From the NCBI GenBank assembly GCA_046765795.1, contig JBKPRH010000183.1:1-46919 (forward strand): a DNA stretch of 46,919 bases. Direction: 5' to 3'. How positions within the stretch are numbered: the first letter of the stretch is position 1; each line of letters begins with the position of its first letter. The notes beneath the pieces are model-generated. The model ran no database searches and was not told the DNA's origin. It worked only from the letters and a program-made list of their open reading frames with translations. Below are positions 28,433 to 36,513 of this stretch, piece after piece. The position numbers were made by a program, and so were the translations under genes. This DNA comes from Acidobacteriota bacterium. Its GTDB lineage: Bacteria > Acidobacteriota > Vicinamibacteria > Vicinamibacterales > UBA2999.

Positions 28433-29611
28433 TTAGGTCTTCTTGCCACCAAAGATCGTCGCTGTCGTGAACAGCTTCTGCTTCCCCATGCGCTTCGTGT
28501 TGTCGTTGTCCACGAACTCGAACTCGCCATCGCGGAGCTCGAGCACGGCAACGTCCGCGATCGCGCCGGCGCGAAGCGTTCCGAGATCCTTGAACGGCGC
28601 CACGGCGCGCGCCGCGTTCGCCGTCCCCATCGCGATGACATTGCCGACTGGCAGGCCGAGGAGCAAGAACTTCGACAGCACGTTCGGAAAGTCGAACACC
28701 TGGTCGGTGCGGCCGGCGTCGGTCCAATCCGTCGAGATCGTGTCTGGCAGGAACTTCTGCTTCAAGCCACTTTCCGCCAGGGCCCAGGTGATGTGCGCGA
28801 TGCGACCGTTGCCAACGTCGAACCAGATGCCGCGTTTTCGCGCCGCGATCACTTCGGGCAGGATGCGACCGGCCTCGTCGAAGATGCCGTGCGGAGGTGG
28901 CGCGTACAGGTGCGTGACGATATCGCCAGGCTTGAGCAGCGCGAGGAGGTCCGGCAGCGGCGACACGGTATCGCCCATGTGAATCATCACCGGCAGCTTC
29001 AGCGGCGCAGTGATCGCCTGCGCCCGCCGCAGCGCCTCCATGTCGTTCTTGCCGGCCACCGTGCGCGACAGCCGCGCCTTCACGCCAACGATGAGGTCGC
29101 GATGCGCGGCGATGACTTTCTGCGCGGCGGCCACGTCAACGCGGCTGATGTCCATCAGTTCGCCGTCGGGCAAGATGCCCGTGCGCGCAACGTTCAGTAG
29201 AATGCGAACCCGATTGGGCGCGCCCTTGGCTGCGTCGATCACGTCGTCAATGCGGTCAACGCCCTGCGAGCCCGCGTCGAGCAGTGAGGTCACGCCATTT
29301 GACAGGCAGATCGACGGCATCGCTTTCGAGCGCACATGCGTGTGGATGTCGATCAGGCCGGGGACCACGAGCTTCCCGGTGGCGTCAATCATCGACGCCG
29401 CATCGGCAGCGGCCAGGTTCGCCTCGACCGCGGTGATACGTCCGCCCGCGATGCCGACATCCCGCACGCCAACCTGACGATTCGCCGGATCGAGGACCCG
29501 TCCGCCTTTGATCACCAGGTCGTACTTGGCGGCAGATAACCCTCGTACGCCGGTCAGGGCGGCGATCCCGGCAGCACCGGTTCGGTGAAGGAAGCCTCTT
29601 CGTGTTAACAC
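28433..29611 (-). CDS. Tat-exported amidohydrolase/deacetylase (dihydroorotase-like) metallohydrolase
   Basis: TRRGFL Tat motif; PGLIDIHTH, DAGS, GVK, MIH, GDIVTH, FDVGNG and PDTISTD. Confidence 0.85.
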   Translation of the reverse strand: MLTRRGFLHRTGAAGIAALTGVRGLSAAKYDLVIKGGRVLDPANRQVGVRDVGIAGGRITAVEANLAAADAASMIDATGKLVVPGLIDIHTHVRSKAMPSICLSNGVTSLLDAGSQGVDRIDDVIDAAKGAPNRVRILLNVARTGILPDGELMDISRVDVAAAQKVIAAHRDLIVGVKARLSRTVAGKNDMEALRRAQAITAPLKLPVMIHMGDTVSPLPDLLALLKPGDIVTHLYAPPPHGIFDEAGRILPEVIAARKRGIWFDVGNGRIAHITWALAESGLKQKFLPDTISTDWTDAGRTDQVFDFPNVLSKFLLLGLPVGNVIAMGTANAARAVAPFKDLGTLRAGAIADVAVLELRDGEFEFVDNDNTKRMGKQKLFTTATIFGGKKT

Positions 29612-29618
29612 CCGCGAA

Positions 29619-30173
29619 TTATCCTCCGATGACGCCCTGAATGTGCGCGGTCAGCAGGGCCATGGCTTCACGCTCTCTCTCGCCCGCCGTTTTGTCCACG
29701 ATCACCTGAAGCCGGGCGATCTCGCTGCGGACGAACTCGTGCTCAAGGAGATGCAGGCGCGTCGAATAAATCGCCGCTTCGAGCACGGCGTGACACGCGC
29801 GGTTGAAACCGATGAACTCGCGCCGGAAGCCCCGATGCACGACGCTCGTCTCGATGCGCGACCGCGGCGGCGTCGAATCCACGGTCCGCACCTCGAGCTC
29901 GCGCCACGAACAGCAATCCGCCAGCACGACACCTCGGACAATCTTCGCCGGCACCGTGGCATAGATCGGGTTCGAGATCGCTGCCTGCGCAAACACCCGC
30001 ACATCGTCAGTGAGATTGACGATCGCACTGCGCACGGCAGTGACGTTGCGATAGGTCGCTGTATCGAGGAACGGCTTGAGGACAATGACCTCGTCACCCC
30101 ACTCGACACCCATCGGCGCACAGTTGATACGGCCGTCCTCGGCGACGGTAGTGACGATGCTTTCGATGATCAC
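29619..30173 (-). CDS. DUF447 family protein (associated with H4MPT gene clusters)
   Basis: IIESIVTT...NCAPMG, KPF..T.TY.N and FIGFNRA.HAVLEAAI..TRL. GTG start at 30173. Confidence 0.82.
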   Translation of the reverse strand: MIIESIVTTVAEDGRINCAPMGVEWGDEVIVLKPFLDTATYRNVTAVRSAIVNLTDDVRVFAQAAISNPIYATVPAKIVRGVVLADCCSWRELEVRTVDSTPPRSRIETSVVHRGFRREFIGFNRACHAVLEAAIYSTRLHLLEHEFVRSEIARLQVIVDKTAGEREREAMALLTAHIQGVIGG

Positions 30174-30182
30174 GCGGGCCCC

Positions 30183-30284
30183 GCACCGACACGCGTCAGC
30201 CGGATTGCACCGACACGGCCGGTCCCAAGGACCGGCCCTACCTCGCACCGACCGCGAACGCCCGATTGCACCGACACGCGTCAG
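30183..30284. repeat. GTAGGGCC REP (family C, 30217-30241) within four GCACCGAC-containing direct repeats
   Basis: Minus strand GTAGGGCCGGTCCTTGGGACCGGCC; gcaccgacacgcgtcag at 30183 and 30268; gattgcaccgacacg at 30203 and 30264. Confidence 0.8.
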
Positions 30285-30976
30285 TCTCGATTGGGCGGCG
30301 GCACGAACGGCCGCCACCGCATGTCTTCAGACGGCGTCCACGGCAGAAAGAGCTCTCGTGCCGTCATGGCGCCGTCGGCGTGTCGCGGCAGCGTGTCGAT
30401 GCGCGCGCGGTCGCCGTCGAGAAATCGCGCCACCATCGCATAGCCGTGCTCGGTGGCTGCCGACTCGGGATGGAATTGCACCCCAATCACGGGATGCTCG
30501 CGGTGCTCGAAGGCCATCACCGCGCCATCGTCATTTGATGTGGCCATCACGCGCAAGTCTGACGGCATCGTACCGGGCGCGATCACCAGCGAATGATAAC
30601 GGGCGACGCGTAGCGGCGACGGAAGTCCGGCGAAGATCCCGGAGCTGTCATGCGTGATGAGCGATGTCTTGCCGTGCATGGGATAACCGGCACGCACCAC
30701 GTCGCCACCGTAGGCCGCGCCGATGCATTGGTGACCCAGACAGACGCCGAGGATCGGCGTTGTCGGACCGAAGCGGCGAACGACCTCCGTGGAGATGCCG
30801 GCCTCTGAGGGCGTGCACGGACCCGGTGAGATCACGATGTGACTCGGCCCGAGCTTCTCGACCTCGTCGATGCCCATCTCGTCGCTGCGGCGGATCACCA
30901 CCTCGCGGCCCAGCTCACGGACGTAACGGGCGAGGTTGTAGACGAACGAGTCTCGATTGTCGAGAACCAGAATCAT
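30281..30976 (-). CDS. pabA: Aminodeoxychorismate synthase glutamine amidotransferase subunit
   Basis: ILVLDNRDSFVYNL, SPGPC, GVCLGHQ, HGK, RYHSL and GVQFHPES. Confidence 0.88.
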   Translation of the reverse strand: MILVLDNRDSFVYNLARYVRELGREVVIRRSDEMGIDEVEKLGPSHIVISPGPCTPSEAGISTEVVRRFGPTTPILGVCLGHQCIGAAYGGDVVRAGYPMHGKTSLITHDSSGIFAGLPSPLRVARYHSLVIAPGTMPSDLRVMATSNDDGAVMAFEHREHPVIGVQFHPESAATEHGYAMVARFLDGDRARIDTLPRHADGAMTARELFLPWTPSEDMRWRPFVPPPNRD

Positions 30977-31134
30977 TGTTGAATTACTGATTGTTGATTG
31001 GTGATTTGTTGTTGATTGGTGATTTGGGATCGTTGATTGAGCGCGGCAACCAGCTGGTGGGGCGTCGTCAATCAACGAATCGGAGAATCGGCAATCAACA
31101 ACTATTCAACAATCAAAGATCCCTGAATCATCAA
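30975..31134. repeat. Inverted pair of heptamer tandem arrays (GTTGATT-like / AATCAAC-like)
   Basis: Left arm gttgattggtgatt repeats, right arm aatcaac/aatcggc repeats; fills the pabB-pabA spacer. Confidence 0.8.
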
Positions 31135-32579
31135 TGGGCCGCGGCGAGGGCATCGATCAGCGCCCTGGCCTTGTCAATAGTCTCGCGATATTCCTGTTCG
31201 GGATCGGAATCCGCGACGATTCCGCCTCCTGCACTGAAGTATACGCGGCCGTCGCGGACGATCGCGGTGCGGATGGCGATGCTGGTATCGAGATCACCAG
31301 TCAGGCTGAAGTAGCCGATCGAGCCGCAGTAGATGCTTCGCTGAGACGGTTCGAGCTCGGCGATGATTTCCATCGCGCGCAGCTTCGGCGCGCCGGTAAT
31401 CGAGCCGCCAGGAAACGCCGCGCGCAGCAGATGGAACGCATCGTAACCGGGCTCCAGCTGGCCGACGACGGTCGAGACCAGATGATGGACGGTGGCATAG
31501 CGCTCGAGCGAGAAGAGTTCGGACACCCGCACGGTGCCAGGCGCACAGACGCGCGAGAGGTCGTTGCGCATCAGGTCGACAATCATCAGGTTCTCGGCGC
31601 GATCTTTGGCGCTCTCGGCAAGCGCCTGGCCCAGCGCCGCATCGTGCTCGGGGCCGACACCGCGCGGCCGCGTGCCCTTGATCGGACGCGTCTCGACAAA
31701 GCCACTGCGAGTCACGTGAAGAAAACGCTCGGGCGACGCGCTGATCACGCTCGCATCGGGCGTCTCGAGAAACGCCGCAAACGGCGCGGCGTTGCGCCGG
31801 CGCAGCCGCGAGTAAAACTCCCACGGTGACCCGGGCAGCGGCGCCTCAAACCGTTGCGACAGATTCGCCTGAAAGATGTCGCCGGCGAAGATGTAATCGC
31901 GCACGCGCTGCACGGCGGCGAGATAGTCGCCGTGGGTGAACGAGGAACGCAGCTCGTACGAGGGATTCCACCAGCCCCCTTCGACAACATGCGATGGTGC
32001 AAAAGTCCGCTCCGATCGAGGCCCGTCCAACAGGACGGGCCCTACTCCAGACGTGTCCGGCGCCGCCTGCAGCCGTTCGCGGACGTCGGTCGCGCGTGCG
32101 CGGGCTCGAGCGGCGCGATCGGCTCCAGCTTCAGCAGGCATGCCCGTCGAGATCAGCCATGCACGCGACTCGACGTGATCCCACGCGAGCACCCAGTCAT
32201 AGAGGCCCATCACGACATCGGGCAGCGCGATGTCGTCGTACCGCGGGGCGGGCAGACGTTCGAGTGTCAACCCCCAGTCGTACGCAATGTAGCCAGCGGC
32301 TCCACCCTGAAAGGGTGGAAGTCCGGCGATCGGTTCGGTGTGGAACGGCGCCAGCCGCGTACGCACCTCGTCCAGTGTGCCACTCGATCCTTTGCGTTCG
32401 ATGACATCGATCGGATCGGCAGTGAGAAACGAATATCGTCCGAGCCTGGTGGTCGTTGATGCGCTATCGAGGAAGAGGCGATACGGCAGTCCCGCGAGTT
32501 GCTCGCAGCACCACGCCGGGTCAGGCACCGGCGACAATTCTTGGACGAGCGGCGTCACGCGAGTCTCACTCGCCGACAT
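31131..32579 (-). CDS. pabB: Aminodeoxychorismate synthase component I
   Basis: FLDS, GRYS, PFQGGAAGYIAYD, SASPERF, TRPIKGT (PabB-type PIKGT), AENLMIVDLMRNDL and FPGGSITGAPK. Confidence 0.9.
   Translation of the reverse strand: MSASETRVTPLVQELSPVPDPAWCCEQLAGLPYRLFLDSASTTTRLGRYSFLTADPIDVIERKGSSGTLDEVRTRLAPFHTEPIAGLPPFQGGAAGYIAYDWGLTLERLPAPRYDDIALPDVVMGLYDWVLAWDHVESRAWLISTGMPAEAGADRAARARARATDVRERLQAAPDTSGVGPVLLDGPRSERTFAPSHVVEGGWWNPSYELRSSFTHGDYLAAVQRVRDYIFAGDIFQANLSQRFEAPLPGSPWEFYSRLRRRNAAPFAAFLETPDASVISASPERFLHVTRSGFVETRPIKGTRPRGVGPEHDAALGQALAESAKDRAENLMIVDLMRNDLSRVCAPGTVRVSELFSLERYATVHHLVSTVVGQLEPGYDAFHLLRAAFPGGSITGAPKLRAMEIIAELEPSQRSIYCGSIGYFSLTGDLDTSIAIRTAIVRDGRVYFSAGGGIVADSDPEQEYRETIDKARALIDALAAAH
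32020..32045 (-). repeat. Family C GTAG REP in frame in pabB (reads VGPVLLDGP)
   Basis: Minus strand GTAGGGCCCGTCCTGTTGGACGGGCC: GTAG foot plus a perfect stem. Confidence 0.78.
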
Positions 32580-32585
32580 CGTGAA

Positions 32586-32617
32586 AACCACTCACCACCA
32601 ACCACTCACCACCAACC
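32586..32617. repeat. 14-bp (2x heptamer) tandem repeat AACCACTCACCACC
   Basis: Two exact copies plus a partial third, in the spacer upstream of pabB. Confidence 0.75.
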
Positions 32618-32619
32618 GA

Positions 32620-34086
32620 TCAGTCGGACGCGCGCGGCCGCCGTGGCCGTTGTGTCAACTGCACGTGCTCGCGCACGTCCTCGTCCGGTGGTGTGAGGTA
32701 GCCCCACGTCAAGGCACCTTCCTGACGATACGTCTTGCCGAGTGTCACCGCGAGGCTCGCTTTCGCGAGTTCCTTCCCGAGGTAAAACGCGTGCGACGGA
32801 TCCTCCACCTCGAGCTGCGCGAAGATCGCCTGGATGTCGGTCCCGCGCACGAAGCGCTCACTGTTGAAGACGGTAATGGCCTCGGCGTCGGCGAAGATGC
32901 GGTAGTTGGGATCGGTAATTGCCGACTGCAATGCGCGGAGTTCCTGCTCCGAGTAACTGAGCACCACAGGATCCTTCACGGTGACGAGACGATCGTCGAC
33001 GCCTTTGGGCACCGTGTGCTTCGTCACCGCGTAGTGCATCAACCGCCTGGCCACATCCACCTCTCGGACGACGCCTCGCGCCCACGGAATCACTTCCGTC
33101 GTCAGCACACGGCGAATGCCCAGTTCCTGGCACACGGCGATCAGCAGTGCGTTCACGCCTGTCGAATCTGCGGCTGTCAGTTCCGTCAGATTCCCGATGC
33201 CCATCAACATCTCCGCCGCCGGCCATCGCCGCCGGGCTTCGGCGTAGCGCTCGAGCGAAGCCATGAATCCCATCCCGATTGGCTCGAGGATCGGATCGAT
33301 CAGGAACGGCACACCCCAGGCCTGCAGCTTGGCCACCGTGGGCTCGATCGAATCCACTCCACCGCCCATGTCGGGAATCACGACGAAGCGAGCGCCGCTG
33401 ACGGCGAGGGCGCCGCTGACGGCGAGGGCCTGCGCAACGTCAATGTTGGAGCCGTTGACGCTGAGGACGAGCTCGGCACCCGCTTCAACTGCCGTTGTGA
33501 TCTCGCTCGGGTCGAGCGAGTCCACGCTCACGCGCATTCCAGCCTCGACCAGCTCGGTCACTACATCGGCAAGTTCGGGGAACGGGAGTCCCGGTGTACA
33601 GCCGATGTCGATGATGTCGGCGCCGGAGTCCCGGTAACGCGCGGCCTCGCGTCGAATGGCCTCGCGTGTCAGGCGAGGGGCGTTGTTGATCTCGGCAACG
33701 ATCTCGATATCCCATGCACCGTACTCGCGCGCTTCCGCTGCGCGTCCGAAGTATCGGGGGATATCGCGCAGATCCTTCGGCCCCTTCTCCACTGCCACGC
33801 CAAGCTTCTCGGCCACGACAGCTGTGTGGCCTTCACACAAGCCGGGAATCATCACGAGGTCGACGCCAGGTGGCGCTTCAAGTGATTTGGCGATCCACGA
33901 CGTGGTCATGAGCGCGGCGACCGTGATCTTGAGGACGGCGACGTCGTACTGAAACGGCGGAGACATCTCGGCGAGCACGCGCCGGAGCGCGGGCTCGGCG
34001 AGCTTGCCGGTTACGAAAAGAGTGCGACCGGCCGGTCGCGCCGAAGCCTCTGGCGAAGGCGGACCGGCCCTACCTGCATCCGTCAT
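32620..34086 (-). CDS. Dihydropteroate synthase-like protein of H4MPT clusters (DUF6513 / Orf20 type)
   Basis: FVTGKLAEPAL, VAALMT, KGPKDLRDIP, GADIIDIGC, SVDS, DPILEPIG and GIGNLTEL..ADS.GVN. Confidence 0.85.
   Translation of the reverse strand: MTDAGRAGPPSPEASARPAGRTLFVTGKLAEPALRRVLAEMSPPFQYDVAVLKITVAALMTTSWIAKSLEAPPGVDLVMIPGLCEGHTAVVAEKLGVAVEKGPKDLRDIPRYFGRAAEAREYGAWDIEIVAEINNAPRLTREAIRREAARYRDSGADIIDIGCTPGLPFPELADVVTELVEAGMRVSVDSLDPSEITTAVEAGAELVLSVNGSNIDVAQALAVSGALAVSGARFVVIPDMGGGVDSIEPTVAKLQAWGVPFLIDPILEPIGMGFMASLERYAEARRRWPAAEMLMGIGNLTELTAADSTGVNALLIAVCQELGIRRVLTTEVIPWARGVVREVDVARRLMHYAVTKHTVPKGVDDRLVTVKDPVVLSYSEQELRALQSAITDPNYRIFADAEAITVFNSERFVRGTDIQAIFAQLEVEDPSHAFYLGKELAKASLAVTLGKTYRQEGALTWGYLTPPDEDVREHVQLTQRPRRPRASD
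34030..34073 (-). repeat. Nested repeat: family C REP with a family D element in its loop, in frame at the N-terminus of the DHPS-like gene
   Basis: Minus strand GTAGGGCCGGT-CCGCCTTCGCCAGAGGCTTCGGCGCG-ACCGGCC; compare the intact copy at 30217. Confidence 0.78.
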
Positions 34087-34448
34087 CCGCGTGGATCGCC
34101 GCTACGCACCCACTTGTTCGGCGTTCCCTCGAGCGCCTCACCTTCCTTCGGCCGCCACAGCACGACGTCTTCGATCTTCCGCGCCAACGAGAAGTCCTTG
34201 TCGGTGATGCCGCCGGCGCTGTGCGTCGAGAGCTTCACCGTGATGCGTCCCCACGTCACCGAGAGGTCCGGATGGTGGTACGCAGCCTCGGACAGATACC
34301 CGATCGAGTTCACCAGCATCAGCGTCGTCGGCCATCCGTCTGTTTTGTAGACGCGGCGGATCCAGCCGTCTTCGAGGTACCAGCCGGGCAGCTCCTTCAG
34401 CTTCTCGGTGATCTGTGCTTCGTCGTATGTCGGTTCTTTCTTGGCCAT
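34083..34448 (-). CDS. pcbD: Pterin-4-alpha-carbinolamine dehydratase
   Basis: EAAYHHPDL, THSAGGITDKDF.LA..IE; ATGA overlap with the DHPS-like gene. Confidence 0.88.
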   Translation of the reverse strand: MAKKEPTYDEAQITEKLKELPGWYLEDGWIRRVYKTDGWPTTLMLVNSIGYLSEAAYHHPDLSVTWGRITVKLSTHSAGGITDKDFSLARKIEDVVLWRPKEGEALEGTPNKWVRSGDPRG

Positions 34449-34464
34449 ATGTCGGTCTTTCTGC

Positions 34465-35718
34465 TCAGGACGTCGTGGGTTTCTTGATACCGCTCCACTC
34501 CACCGGAATGGCGAGCGGTGCGCCGCCATACTCAGCAGTGTAGGCGTAGAGAAACTGGATCGTCTTGCGCCCGAACGCCATGCCGACCTGACGAAGCGGA
34601 TGAAATCGTCCCAGCACGGACGCCACGGCGTTCAATGCGCTGATCAGCCGCGCGACGACTTGATGAAAGACGATCACGCCGGCGTGATGCCGCGTGTTCA
34701 GGCCCAGGACGCGCGCCGTGTCGTCGCCGACCATTGCGCGTACGAAAATCGGCGCCAGCGGCGCGAGCACGCGCAGGCGAAGGACGTGGTCCTGCACAAA
34801 GCAAACGAGGCGATCGGTGAGAAACGCACCGTCTTCGCTGGGCCCCCATTGCCGGCGTTTGATCTGCTCGAGCAGATAGACGGCATCTTCAACCGTCTGT
34901 GGCATGAGCTCGCGACGCACCCCCAGATATGCGCCGACGACATTCCAGGTGTGCAGAAAGTCGAGATGATCGTCCTCGCGCACGGGCACGCCGAACCGTG
35001 ACATCGCCAGCGGAAGGATGTAGCTGAAGGTCAGCAGCGTGAACGCGAGATCTTCCTGATTCAGTGGCTGGCCATCATCAGCCACGCTCCACGTGAAGCC
35101 CGCCCTGGCCATGGCCTCGCCAATCGATCGCGACACCTTACTCTGGGCACTCCCGTACCCCTCATCCGGCGTCGCATCTTGTGGTGCCTGGCCGAGCAGC
35201 ACTAAGTGACGAATCGCCGCGTGGATCAATCGCACACGCTGCGCTTGGACGATCCCTGGGCCGCCCCGATCCAGACCGTGCGGTCCCATGACCGCGAGCA
35301 CCATCAATGCGGTCTGATGCAACCGTCGATCGACGTGCGCGCCCAGCTGTCGCGTCAAGGCGAGGATGCGCACGCCGCGGCGCATCGTGTAGCACTCGGG
35401 CAAACTGGCGCAGACGAGCGCCATCATCGATGCGAGACCGTGACGGACGAAGAAGTGTTCGGCACGGCGCAGATGCATGTCCTGCACCCACTCGGGCCGG
35501 ACGCTTGTCCGGTCGACGAACGCGCGAATCTCCGGCGGCAAGTTGTCGGGAAGAGCGGCGGCTCCCGAAAGGCTGCTGACGAAGGCGCTCAGTTCCGAAA
35601 ACTGGCGTCGTTCGAAGACCTGACGCACCACCTCGTCGGCCTCGGGATCGCCGACGGCGCGCATCTGGTCCAGATACGCGTCGGTCCACAGCGCACGCGG
35701 CGTTGACGCAGTCTCCAA
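34465..35718 (-). CDS. Lcp/MpaB-family (DUF2236) heme oxygenase, no signal peptide
   Basis: GDPEAD, SLPECY, RRLHQTA, VRLIHAAIR, PLNQEDLAFTL.TFS and HTW.VVG.YLGV. Confidence 0.82.
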   Translation of the reverse strand: METASTPRALWTDAYLDQMRAVGDPEADEVVRQVFERRQFSELSAFVSSLSGAAALPDNLPPEIRAFVDRTSVRPEWVQDMHLRRAEHFFVRHGLASMMALVCASLPECYTMRRGVRILALTRQLGAHVDRRLHQTALMVLAVMGPHGLDRGGPGIVQAQRVRLIHAAIRHLVLLGQAPQDATPDEGYGSAQSKVSRSIGEAMARAGFTWSVADDGQPLNQEDLAFTLLTFSYILPLAMSRFGVPVREDDHLDFLHTWNVVGAYLGVRRELMPQTVEDAVYLLEQIKRRQWGPSEDGAFLTDRLVCFVQDHVLRLRVLAPLAPIFVRAMVGDDTARVLGLNTRHHAGVIVFHQVVARLISALNAVASVLGRFHPLRQVGMAFGRKTIQFLYAYTAEYGGAPLAIPVEWSGIKKPTTS

Positions 35719-35722
35719 GCTT

Positions 35723-35737
35723 GTAATGCTACATTAC
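35723..35737. promoter_or_regulatory. Perfect palindrome in the 27-bp divergent spacer (candidate operator or overlapping -10 boxes)
   Basis: GTAATG-CTA-CATTAC; contains TACATT on plus and TAGCAT on minus, 10 and 7 nt before the two start codons. Confidence 0.5.
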
Positions 35738-35745
35738 GCGACACC

Positions 35746-36489
35746 ATGGCGGCCTTCCTCTACAGCCTCGAGCACGACCTCTCTCCCACTCTGCTGGTGA
35801 TTGCCGCCGTCATGTTCCTGGCCTGGACGGCGGCCTATCTGCAGATCGTGCGGCAGTGCCATCGCGACCAGACGTACGGCATCCCACTGGTCGTGATCTT
35901 TTTCAATATCGCCTGGGAGTTCATCTTCTCGTTTCAGCTCGTCGCGCCCGGTGTGCCGGTACTGGTCTGGGGAAACCGTCTGTGGTTCTTTGCCGACGTC
36001 ATCATCGTGTCGCAGGTGCTGATGTACGGACGGAACGCGCAGACGCATCCGTGGGTCAAGCAGCACTTTCATCTCATTTGTGGCGTCGGAATACTGCTGT
36101 GCGGGCTGGCGCTGTTCTTCTTCTCGAAGTACACCGGCGACGTCTACGGCCTGGCCTCGTCGTTCATGATCAACTTCGCGATGAGCGTGTTGTTCATCAA
36201 CCTGCTGTTCTCACGTCCGGATCTGCGCGGCCTGCCGGCGGGAGCGGGCTGGATGAAGATGATTGGCACTGCGGCTGGAGCGGTCTTCTGCTATCTGTGG
36301 TGGCCGACACAGTTCGATACCAATGGCGTGCTGATTCGACCGCCGTACGTGATGAGAGCCACCGACTTCCGGTTCCTCTACTTCATGTTTCTGACGATTC
36401 CGGTGATCGACTGCCTCTACATCTATCTGTATCACCAGCAGCGCAAGGCACTGGTAACCGCGGCCCCCAAGGAGCCGGTTAGTACCTGA
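35746..36489 (+). CDS. Pyr4/PaxB-like integral membrane terpene cyclase
   Basis: About 7 TM helices; W..AY......RD.TYG.P......N.AWEF motif and C-terminal D..YI. Confidence 0.75.
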   Translation: MAAFLYSLEHDLSPTLLVIAAVMFLAWTAAYLQIVRQCHRDQTYGIPLVVIFFNIAWEFIFSFQLVAPGVPVLVWGNRLWFFADVIIVSQVLMYGRNAQTHPWVKQHFHLICGVGILLCGLALFFFSKYTGDVYGLASSFMINFAMSVLFINLLFSRPDLRGLPAGAGWMKMIGTAAGAVFCYLWWPTQFDTNGVLIRPPYVMRATDFRFLYFMFLTIPVIDCLYIYLYHQQRKALVTAAPKEPVST

Positions 36490-36513
36490 CCTTTGACCTT
36501 TGACCTATCGAGA

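Noticed and set aside
26894-29200. 768-aa plus-strand ORF (also 32338-33885, 3459-4955 and 15857-17194)
   Set aside because: Antisense shadows of well-supported genes in high-GC DNA, with no recognisable motifs.
30174-31075. N-terminal extensions of DUF447 and PabA shown in the ORF track
   Set aside because: They are read-through of repeat DNA; the family N-termini begin at 30173 and 30976.
30281-32579. trpE/trpG anthranilate synthase
   Set aside because: The PIKGT motif and pterin gene context favour PabB/PabA; no other trp genes are present.
26017-34448. Evidence of an archaeal or methanogen origin
   Set aside because: TonB receptor, ECF sigma, lipoprotein and RAYT indicate a diderm bacterium; no mcr or mtr genes.
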